Of a DNA stretch of 64,000 bases, positions 38,101 to 46,500 are shown one piece after another (the stretch's first letter is position 1; each line of letters begins with the position of its first letter). The DNA comes from a virus: the IMG/VR virus record IMGVR_UViG_3300023240_000010. The stretch is one strand, 5' to 3'. A program made the translations under genes and the position numbers. The notes under the pieces are model-generated. The model made no database searches. It saw only the letters and a program-made list of their open reading frames with translations, and was not told the origin of the DNA.

Positions 38101-40070
38101 AATGAAGGATAGTTTGTAGTGAGATAAGCAATCGTATTGTCAATAAGTAACTGACGGTTATTTCTAATCTGCTCGTGTGCCCAATATTCATTATTCAGAC
38201 TATTAAGAGGAGTAGGATATACAATCACCGGTGCTGGAATCTTTCCTTCAAGAATGTCAAGAATAATTTCAAGATTCTTTAACAATGAAATTTTAGACGA
38301 TTCGTTGATATCCAATGCACTAAGAAGAACACCGATGTTTCTGATAGTCAGTACAGTGCCTTCGACTTGTTCCTCAGGAATAGCACCTGCGCGAGTATAT
38401 GCAAGACCCGCTGTCACTGTATTATAGTTAGTACCAAACAACAAATCGTTGGTCAGTGCTTCGATAATGTAACCCACATCTCGCGAACATTTAGTTCTAG
38501 GATATGTTAATGAGACATGATTCACTGAAACATATGTGGTGCTGGCATCGATGATTAATTGTAAATTATTTAAAATCTGATCTGCGGCATTACGTCTGTT
38601 AGCAGTAGTATTAACAGAGTCTGGATACGCAATAGGAATCGGTTGAAAAGGAGGCACACCCGACATGATAGCGGTCAACTGAACAAACGATGCGTTAATG
38701 TGGGACTTACTTGCCGCACTAATACTTAGAGCATTTATTCCAACTCTTAATACTTCCCAGGCAGCAATTGTAAATGCTAACTGATTTCCTGGCAATGCAT
38801 TGGCACGTCGATACGCAAGACCTGCTGTAATAACATTATAGTCTGTTCCTAACATTAAATCAATAGTTAATGCATCGACAATGTGACCAACGTCTCGTTC
38901 ACACTTAGTTTGGTCGTAATCCTGAACGTCATAGTTGTCCGAGATATACTGAATAGTGTTGTTGATTAATAGGGTTTTGTTATTCTGTATCTGATTGCCA
39001 GCATCTGCCTCTGCTGTTATGGTAGCAGGTGCGGCAGGGAATATAATCGTTGCGGCAGCAGATTCGCCATTGACGATTATGTCAGTGATTTCTTTAACGC
39101 ATGAGGTGATTAAAACTTTCGAAGCGTCAGCAATACTTAGCGATAACATTTGATCACGAACAAAGACAATCACCGCAATTGTGGACGCTACTTGTGCTGT
39201 AGGCAATGCATTTGCTCGTTGATAAGCAATACCTGCGGTCACACAATTATAGTTCGAACCAGTCATTAAGTCTGTGATAACAGCATCAATGATGAAACCC
39301 GTATCACGTAGACATTTAGTTTCGTCGTATGTTAATGTAGGATAGTTTTTAGCAATGAATGTTATAAGTTCATCTTTCAACCATTCACGGTTGTTCTGAA
39401 GAATAATGGCAGCATCATCAGCATCAGCAGTAGGTAATACAGCAGGAGCAGGAAAGACTAGATCGTCGTGTGCTTGTTCTGTGCTTTGCTTACCATTTGT
39501 AAGAATATCTATCACTTCTGACCAGTGAGCATTGTTTCTATATAACGCTCCTGTTACACCAGTGCTTGCCTTTACTAGAGGAATAGAACCAACAGCACCA
39601 CGTGCTTGGTTAAATGCTACAACAGTTGGTTGCAATTGTCCTGTAGTAACTTTATTTGATCCTGCTCTTTGATAAGCATGACCAGATGTTACTGCATTAT
39701 AGTTTGTTCCGAAAGCAATGTCAAGGTAAAGTCCGTCAAGAATATAATTTAAGTCACGAGTACACTTAACTTCATCGAATGCGAATGAACCTAGTGCGGT
39801 AACGGTAGAAACAGCAGAGTCGAGAGTCTTAAAAGAGTCTCCTAGAGAAGTACCAGTATTGCCAAACTTTCCAGATTTAGAAACGTAGTAAACATTCTCT
39901 ACAGCATCTTCGCCTACTTGAATTATATCGACCACACCAAATCTATCACGCTTGAGGTACATTTTACCTTCATGCGTGTTGATCGCTATCTCGCCGAGCG
40001 ATATGTCTGTGTTGCCGGGCGCTTGACCCGGGACATTACTTCGGCGACTTAGTAACTTAGTGCTTGACAT
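35127..40070 (-). CDS. Large virion structural protein: beta-helix domain interrupted by 8 helical KCxRDxGY repeats
   Basis: GEIAINTHEGK N-terminus; YYVSKSG...FKTLDSA and TIFLKSGDY...IVGDNLR halves; QSPYVQNCT. Confidence 0.8.
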   Translation of the reverse strand: MSSTKLLSRRSNVPGQAPGNTDISLGEIAINTHEGKMYLKRDRFGVVDIIQVGEDAVENVYYVSKSGKFGNTGTSLGDSFKTLDSAVSTVTALGSFAFDEVKCTRDLNYILDGLYLDIAFGTNYNAVTSGHAYQRAGSNKVTTGQLQPTVVAFNQARGAVGSIPLVKASTGVTGALYRNNAHWSEVIDILTNGKQSTEQAHDDLVFPAPAVLPTADADDAAIILQNNREWLKDELITFIAKNYPTLTYDETKCLRDTGFIIDAVITDLMTGSNYNCVTAGIAYQRANALPTAQVASTIAVIVFVRDQMLSLSIADASKVLITSCVKEITDIIVNGESAAATIIFPAAPATITAEADAGNQIQNNKTLLINNTIQYISDNYDVQDYDQTKCERDVGHIVDALTIDLMLGTDYNVITAGLAYRRANALPGNQLAFTIAAWEVLRVGINALSISAASKSHINASFVQLTAIMSGVPPFQPIPIAYPDSVNTTANRRNAADQILNNLQLIIDASTTYVSVNHVSLTYPRTKCSRDVGYIIEALTNDLLFGTNYNTVTAGLAYTRAGAIPEEQVEGTVLTIRNIGVLLSALDINESSKISLLKNLEIILDILEGKIPAPVIVYPTPLNSLNNEYWAHEQIRNNRQLLIDNTIAYLTTNYPSLSYNVEKCERDVGYILDGLSYDILYDGNFASRILAFSYFKDGVSQLGGAAEVTASIAAYTNLKTQLGTLLSETLTGQDVTGEIQSGQLLQTTRLQGLLQITIDALTAGNFDGVPALVNPDTTAIAEPIILDFVTVVAAKTTIQSDSLAFADLYGPAIYDRGKYQTEVLYILESIIHDLLYAGNFASFNVARSYFVDGVTVIVSGAEVAARQDSFNNLKTILSSIVQETYTGQNTTGGTATATEATTTGTLLDIIIDVLVAENLDSIATRVLPDFTGIVSTDYNTINGALTSLQADVIEYADSYGPTTYDRVKRKRDIGYILDGLTHDIVYEGNVGAVTCARAYFVGAASQLGASEKVATLGAYAYLKTSLGLVVIENYASQDTSAGTATSTQATQLGVLMDIITEVINDESLDNLDATILPNFTGVNATTAANYSTILAQKSTIQTQAIQYANLYGPSSYDRTRCRRDIGFIVDGLTFDILYGGSHAMVINSRAYFVGAASQLNPGEVAATIATYEHMRDIIGQLLTNNLTSNVTTTSAYGPNETGNSGQYATSTESTIIATLIDDLLVATLVAGNTDSLPTEVDPILSSRGVSVELRNAIAAVKKDQDFIVLQSVKSAKNTGDTTIFLKSGDYTINNPIKLPPKTAIVGDNLRTTTVRPKSVDSDMFYMDNGCFIKDITFRDHQNFAACVAYDPKVESAGAGPFIVQSPYVQNCTSITNDGIGMKIDGSKCSGLKSMVSDAFTQYNAAGIGTYLLNRGYAQLVSIFTISTQTSILAETGGQCSITNSNSSFGDYGLIARGSSQVLYDGNLDSAKLLYDDTIRISGVINRDSADYFGTVGQTKLPNYGDAMKFDSEEYFYTVLGVDSVGGGMYDIAFEPGLNSNKKANQQMTFRQRSVITSSSHTFEYVGSGTNTFTAIPQNGGIPRPEREVVYDSATNEGLVVFTSTDQLGDFRIGSQLTIKRQEGRIVGETFERSLYAILTPYILALEG

Positions 40071-40123
40071 CGATATTCATTCCTGTTATAATGCTCTTAG
40101 TGTTTCTATTTAGTGTCTTTGAA

Positions 40124-41209
40124 TTACGCTGGATATAGAGGATCAGTACTATAGTATCCTCCATCAAGTACATTCACACTGACCGCACCATTTACAACTG
40201 TAAATTGTTTAGCAGTTCGTGTTGAATCTCCTGCACCAGCATCAAACGATGCAACACCCAATACTGCCGAATCTGTTGTAATAGCACTTACTGTTAAAAT
40301 ATTTGCACTATCACTGTATAATAAAGTTATCGCATTACCTGGTGTCAGTAATCGATTAACACTACTGTCAATATATTGTTCAATTTGTACACTATCAACG
40401 TAGAACTGTCCATTAGAATTAAGAAAGGTTCTACCGTTTACTTCTAAATCACCCTGGACTACTGTTGAATCTAATGTAATATCTAGTACGAATGTGGTAT
40501 CACCCTGTACTATTAGATTACCTTTAATAATAACATCAGAATCAAAAGACGCTTGATTTCTTACACTTAATGGTCCAATCGATGCTGAATCGAGAGTTGT
40601 TATTCCTGTTGCAGTAAGATTGATTGCTGTTAATGCATCAACAAGTAAAGAATCTATTCTACCGTTCGAGTCAACAATCAAAGCACTATTAGGTACATTA
40701 ACTCCTGCTTGATGATTGAGAAGATTTGTAAAGTAAGAACCACCAATAACTTCAAGTGACTCTGCTCTTACTGTAGCATCTGGATATGTCGAGTCTGACC
40801 CAACACCGATGTATAATCTCTTTCCGCCATTACCAAATCCATCTGTAGCAGAATCAACTAACCATGAGTACGCCATCTCACCAGAGCGAAGATAAGGTGG
40901 TTCTCCACTCGTTCCGCTTCGACGAGTTAGTATGAGACCGTGTGCAGAATCAGAAGGATATAATTTACCATCTATAATCTGATTATTGTTTAGTAGTTTA
41001 CTTGCTGTCCATTTATCTGTGGCAGCATTGTAGATAAACAGATCACCGTCAATTGCTCCTGTAGTATCAACACCCGCAATGTTATCAATGACAACACCTG
41101 CGGCAGCGGCAGCAACTACACTAGTAATAGGTATGCCGACAACAACACGTTTTACTTTCGTGATATTGCCGACTACTACTTTATATGTCTGATCTATTGG
41201 TGCTGGCAT
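40124..41209 (-). CDS. Fibre-like virion structural protein
   Basis: GDLFIYNA..KW, RRSGT..P..L.SGEMAYS, IGGSYFT modules. Confidence 0.7.
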   Translation of the reverse strand: MPAPIDQTYKVVVGNITKVKRVVVGIPITSVVAAAAAGVVIDNIAGVDTTGAIDGDLFIYNAATDKWTASKLLNNNQIIDGKLYPSDSAHGLILTRRSGTSGEPPYLRSGEMAYSWLVDSATDGFGNGGKRLYIGVGSDSTYPDATVRAESLEVIGGSYFTNLLNHQAGVNVPNSALIVDSNGRIDSLLVDALTAINLTATGITTLDSASIGPLSVRNQASFDSDVIIKGNLIVQGDTTFVLDITLDSTVVQGDLEVNGRTFLNSNGQFYVDSVQIEQYIDSSVNRLLTPGNAITLLYSDSANILTVSAITTDSAVLGVASFDAGAGDSTRTAKQFTVVNGAVSVNVLDGGYYSTDPLYPA

Positions 41210-41218
41210 GATAAACCT

Positions 41219-41578
41219 TTATGTTGTTACTGAAGGGGTAATAGTGATAAGTCCTTCCATCACCCGTTCGACGATAGTGTTATTTGTGTCACTATCAATA
41301 TGGGATATCTCAACGTCATAAACGTAACGCTTTTTAGGATTAAGTGCGGCAGTGACAGCATTAGTTAAAGAAAGATTTACTATCCCCGCTGTTGCTGGAT
41401 TAGCAATCAACGAAAGAAATGTAATCTTATCTGAATCTTTGGCATCATAATGAGTGCTAAGTTTAGCAGAAACACTATGTCCTGTCATGTCTTTTATTGA
41501 GTTATCGACATTAACCAGATGCAATTCGACAGAGACATCTGTGCCTTGATTAATTTCTAATACTTCGTAGTGTGCCAT
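41219..41578 (-). CDS. Small virion protein (BppU-like fold possible)
   Basis: INQGTD, GIVNLSLT..VT, RYVYDVEI, RVMEG.ITITPSVT. Confidence 0.65.
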   Translation of the reverse strand: MAHYEVLEINQGTDVSVELHLVNVDNSIKDMTGHSVSAKLSTHYDAKDSDKITFLSLIANPATAGIVNLSLTNAVTAALNPKKRYVYDVEISHIDSDTNNTIVERVMEGLITITPSVTT

Positions 41579-41605
41579 TCGTCTTTATCCGCTATACTAT
41601 TGAGA

Positions 41606-41625
41606 TATTTATAGGTTTATTTATA
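41606..41625 (-). promoter_or_regulatory. Two tandem T4 late promoters
   Basis: TATAAATA at 41606-41613 and 41618-41625. Confidence 0.8.
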
Positions 41626-41630
41626 AGAAT

Positions 41631-42305
41631 TTAAGCGTGTATATCTTCAATAACCCAATCTTGTAGACCTAAAGACATCTCTGATCGATCTAATACGAAA
41701 GCGATTGTCATACGTATTCCGCTTTCACCATTACGTGCTGTATGATATACTAGTTTATCAGATCCATCTTCGTATGCGCCGAAGTGTCCTGCCTTACACT
41801 GCCATCCTTTAACATCAGGAATGTGAATCATCTTCTGATTGACTGGATCCCAATGCTTCCACCAACCATCGCCTGTTTCACTGTATGTAAATATAAAGTT
41901 ATATGCTGAAGCATTAGCATTGTTATGCCAAGAGATATAACCGCCAGGTGGATACACCGAGAACAGAGCATTCTTTTTAAGATTGAATGCAGTCTGTACA
42001 TTAGTCATCAACCTACTATGATGATCAGCAACTTCTGCTATCTTTCTATCAATATGTGGGTTATGAGGATCAAACCTATAACCTTGATTGAATGAATAAC
42101 TAGTAACAAAAGCAGGGAACCCATCGTGTCCTCTGCCCTCACTCTTAATCTGCTCAAAGTATTCTTGACCAGTATACCAATCTGCTTTGTCTAAATCATT
42201 TATCTTAGAAGGAATAACCGCACTATAGTTCTCTTGCTTAGTAAACCACAATGCCTCATTCAAAAGATCGATTGCGTAATCATTAAGTGGTATATTTTTC
42301 ATCAT
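41631..42305 (-). CDS. Putative 2OG-Fe(II) oxygenase / double-stranded beta-helix enzyme
   Basis: YPPGGYISWHNN, distal YHTA, RMTIAF: spacing like prolyl-hydroxylase family. Confidence 0.6.
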   Translation of the reverse strand: MMKNIPLNDYAIDLLNEALWFTKQENYSAVIPSKINDLDKADWYTGQEYFEQIKSEGRGHDGFPAFVTSYSFNQGYRFDPHNPHIDRKIAEVADHHSRLMTNVQTAFNLKKNALFSVYPPGGYISWHNNANASAYNFIFTYSETGDGWWKHWDPVNQKMIHIPDVKGWQCKAGHFGAYEDGSDKLVYHTARNGESGIRMTIAFVLDRSEMSLGLQDWVIEDIHA

Positions 42306-42307
42306 AT

Positions 42308-43063
42308 TTAAAAATCCAGTTGCTTTGCTCCAGAAGAAGAATAGTGTCTCAATACGACAGGATCCTTGTTATGCTCATATTTATATTTGGAATAAAAGTT
42401 CCACCGAGCATCGTCTTCTAGTATACCAACTTTCAAATCTTTGTACTTGGGTTCTTTGTTAACTAACCACCACAATGAGAATTGATCCCATCTCTTCAGA
42501 GTAGCAGGATAATTTTCTAAGTCTTCTGTTCCATCTGCTTTCATTGGCCACCACGTTCTGCCATATTGTGCGACAGTTAGATCGTACCAGTCTTGCATGA
42601 ATTCACGAACTAAAGGTTTGCGCATATCATATAGACAAACACCACCACATAATTCGAATCCTGCTTTAGTGCCGTCAGGTTTTCTTGCACCTTCGAAGAA
42701 CACTTCAGCATAGCAGTAATGTCTATCAGCAGGTAAACCAGTAAACATCAAATCATGTCCATCTAGTTTATCAAAGATGGTTGCAATATCTTCGTGTTCA
42801 CATTCTATATCAGCATCGACATAAAATGTAATATCATATGGAGACTTTGCCATACCAATCAGTTTTGCTCTAGCATGGTTATCACAGAATATAACATTGT
42901 CTGCAATTCTTTCTTGTCCGTCAAGAAATCTTTCTTCTACTACAAATGTAATCTGTGCTTCGGGATAATAATCTTTAATCGACTCCATCAAGTTAATGGC
43001 AGAAACATAAAAGAACTTCTTTCGTGATGCTACAATAACATAACCTTTAGTCGGTTCGCTCAT
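42308..43063 (-). CDS. Putative GT-A glycosyltransferase
   Basis: GYVIVAS, AKL...SPYD.TFYVDAD (DxD), GGVCLY, WDQFSL, RWN, LRH; start placed at MSEP. Confidence 0.75.
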   Translation of the reverse strand: MSEPTKGYVIVASRKKFFYVSAINLMESIKDYYPEAQITFVVEERFLDGQERIADNVIFCDNHARAKLIGMAKSPYDITFYVDADIECEHEDIATIFDKLDGHDLMFTGLPADRHYCYAEVFFEGARKPDGTKAGFELCGGVCLYDMRKPLVREFMQDWYDLTVAQYGRTWWPMKADGTEDLENYPATLKRWDQFSLWWLVNKEPKYKDLKVGILEDDARWNFYSKYKYEHNKDPVVLRHYSSSGAKQLDF

Positions 43064-43520
43064 CTTCATCTGCCTTTTTAAAATAACCAAGTTCGGTGCC
43101 AATAACCAATGCTGCCAAGGCATTCATTTCAATAACATTCTTTGCTCTACGTAGTCTGGAACGCAACTCACGATTTGTTGAGTTCTTAATCGTATCTATT
43201 TCGAATGCTTGTAGTTTGGCATTAAAGAGTTGTTCAAGTTCATGAGATTTTTTACGCTGTTCGTGAATAGCACGTTTCTCGCGATCCTCTTTCTCTTTCT
43301 TATCTTTGCGCTCTTGAGTATTAGCGTCGATCTTATCCATACCCCATTGTGCAATAACTGCTTTGAACTGATCACACTCTCTACCGTCAGGTAAAATCTT
43401 ACGTAGTTCAAGAACATCTTTCTTTCTACCGCCTGATGGAATAGGACTTAGACGAATACATTTAAGTATCGTCTTTTCTTCATTTTCCCAATATCCATTA
43501 TCTAAAAATTCCACTGTCAT
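43047..43520 (-). CDS. Hypothetical protein, possible fibre-assembly chaperone
   Basis: NGYWENEEKTILKC resembles Tfa-type N-termini; helical C-terminus; coupled (TAATG) to the giant gene. Confidence 0.55.
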   Translation of the reverse strand: MTVEFLDNGYWENEEKTILKCIRLSPIPSGGRKKDVLELRKILPDGRECDQFKAVIAQWGMDKIDANTQERKDKKEKEDREKRAIHEQRKKSHELEQLFNAKLQAFEIDTIKNSTNRELRSRLRRAKNVIEMNALAALVIGTELGYFKKADEDERTD

Positions 43521-46500
43521 TATGCTACCCTTACATATAATGTGTATGTTTCAATCTGTACTGGATTAGCAAGCAACTTGCCACCAACACCATATAAAAT
43601 AGATGTTTGATAATCTATTGTGTAATCTTGCGTGTATGTTCCGATGTAGTTAGTGTCTTCATAATTCTCTAATACTTCTACATCTTGATAATCTGAAGTA
43701 TAGTCCGTAGAATAATCAACATCATCATAACTTGAAACATAAGTTTCAGAAACATCTGCGCCTTCAAATGTATCTATATAGTTGCCTAAGTACACATCCT
43801 CTTGATAGTCTACTGAGTAGTCTGTATCATAAGTCTGTTCAATATAGTCAACAGTGTAAGACTCGTCAACTGCATTAGCATCATAAGTGCCTGTGTAGTT
43901 TCCAGCATATAGTGTTGAGTACGAAGGAGTATAGTCGCCAAGATAATCACCAACATAAGTTAGTGTGTAGTTTGACTCATAGTCTCCTGCGTAAGTAGTG
44001 CCGTAATCACCAGCATAAGTTGAATCGAAACCGCCTTCGTAGACTCCATCAAATCCTTGCAAGAAATCACCAGCATAAACTGATTCGTAAGTTCCTTCGT
44101 AGATCGTGTTGTAATCACCTAAGTAATTGCCTTCGAAGTCAACAAGATAATCAGTTGTGTAATCTGAAATATAGTTGCCTTCGTATTCGATATCGTCATA
44201 GGTCGAAACATAGTTGCCGAGATAGTTTTGCTCTTCATAAACACCGCTATAGTCTGTGACGTAATCACCACTATAGTCTCCAACATAATCACTAACATAG
44301 TTTCCTACATATACTTGATCGTCGTATGCAGTTTCATAAGTTGAAGTGTATTGACCAATGAAGTCGCCGATATAAAGACTAACATAGTTGCCTGCGTAAT
44401 CAATGTCATCATAGTTAGAAGTGTATTCACTTGCATATGTTGTAAGATATTCTGTCTCGTAGAACCCAGAATAAGTTGCTGTGTAAGGACTCTGATAATC
44501 ACCGGTGTAATCTGTGTTGTAGAAACCTGTGTAATCTGTTTCGAAGTCACTAACATAGTTTCCTGCGTAATCAATATCATCATACTCACCAGTATACTGC
44601 GCGACGAATGTTGATTCGTACTGATTAAGATAGTTTGAATCATATGTTCCTGCGTAGATCGCACCATCATAATCAGTGGTGTATACAGTAGCATAATCAG
44701 ATATATAATCACCATCATATGCAGTACCATAAGTGCCTGCATAGTTCTCTTGGAAGTCTCCCTCGTATCCAGAATCGTAATCAGAGATATAATCGTCCGA
44801 GTACTGTGAGATATAATCGCCAGCATATATGTCAGAAATATACACATCGGTAAAGTTGCCCGCATAATTCTCGGTGAAGTTACCATCATATGTTGAAATG
44901 TAAGCAGAGACATAGTTGCCGTCATACTGTGACGCATATGATCCTTCGTACTGAGTAAGGTATTGTCCTTCGTAAGTCTCAACATATCCAGAGATATAAT
45001 CGCCCAAATAGTCAACTAAGAATGCGCCTTCATAATCTGTGATATAACCTGTGCCATAAGTGCCGGTGAAGTTACCATCATATGTTCCAATAAATGATTC
45101 TTGGAAAGCACCTTCGTAAACAGAGATATAGTCGCCATCATATGTGTCAACATAATCAGAAGCATAGGTTCCTTCGAAGTTAGCAGAGAAGTCGCTTTCG
45201 TATGCTGAACCGTAATCTCCTAGGAAAGTTCCAAGATACTCTGAGTCATACGTACCTTCATATTGCTCTTGAAAGGCACCATCATAAGATGACAAGTATT
45301 GTGAAACATAAGTGTCGATGTAATCTACGTTATAAGTTCCAGTAAATGTAGCAGTAAACTCACTCTCATATTGACTTGAATACTCGCCTGTGTAATCATC
45401 AGTATACGATCCTTCGAAGTCACCTTGATATTGAGTGATGAAGTTTGATTGGTATTGAGAAACGTAATCAGATGTGTAAGTTTCAATGTAGTCTGAGACG
45501 TAGTTGCCTTCATATGTTGCACCAAATGCGCCTTCATATTCAGATAGATACTCGCCTACGAATGTTCCAATATATTGTGCGCTAAACTGAGCGCCAAAGT
45601 TGGCAGCAAAGTTACCTTCATATGATGCTACATAGTTTCCTAGGAATGTGCCGAGATACTGTGCGCTAAAGTCGCCGGTGTATACTACAGCAAAACTGCC
45701 TTCATACTGAGAAACATAGTTTCCTTCGAATGTTCCGAGATAATCAGTTGCGTAAGTTCCCGCGAAAGATTGAGCGAACGATCCTTCGTACTGAGACGCA
45801 TAGTCTCCGTCGAATGTTCCGAGATAGTTAACACCAAACTGACCAGTGAAGTTTTGTGAGAATCCGCCTTCGTACTGTGACGCATAGTCTCCGTCGAATG
45901 TTCCTATATACTGCGATACATATTGGGTTGCGAAGTTTGCCGCAAAAGATCCGGTGTACTGTGTAGCATAATTTGCGTTGAAGGTTCCTAAATAGTTTGC
46001 AGTAAACTGTTGATCTTGCACACGCTCATACGCACCGAGATATTGAGAAAGGTAATCGCCTTCGAATGTTCCAATATATTGTGCGTTAAATGTCTCGTTC
46101 TGCGCACGTTCATATAGTCCTACGTAGGCAGAGTCGAAACTACCTTCGAATGTTGGAATATAGTTAGCAGAGAAGTTCTCGTTCTGCGCACGTTCATATA
46201 GTCCTGCGTATTGACCAGTATAACCACCAGTATATGTTCCATCATAGTTTGCAGTGAATTGCTCGTCCTGCGCACGTTCATATAGTCCAGTGTATTGACC
46301 AGTATAGTTACCTATGAATGTTCCTAGATAATCAGATGCATAGTTCGCAGCATCGTCTCGATCATATACACCAAGATATTGTCCCAGGTATTGACCAATA
46401 TAGTCGCCTAAATAGTCAGAAGTTCTTGTCTGATTCTGCGCACGTTGATAACCACCAGCATATTGCCCAACATAATCACCTTCGAATGTTCCCGTATAGT

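Noticed and set aside
28883-40113. Variant late promoters CTAAATA/CATAAATA near 28884, 33509 and 40107
   Set aside because: Plausible by position but not exact consensus, so not listed as features
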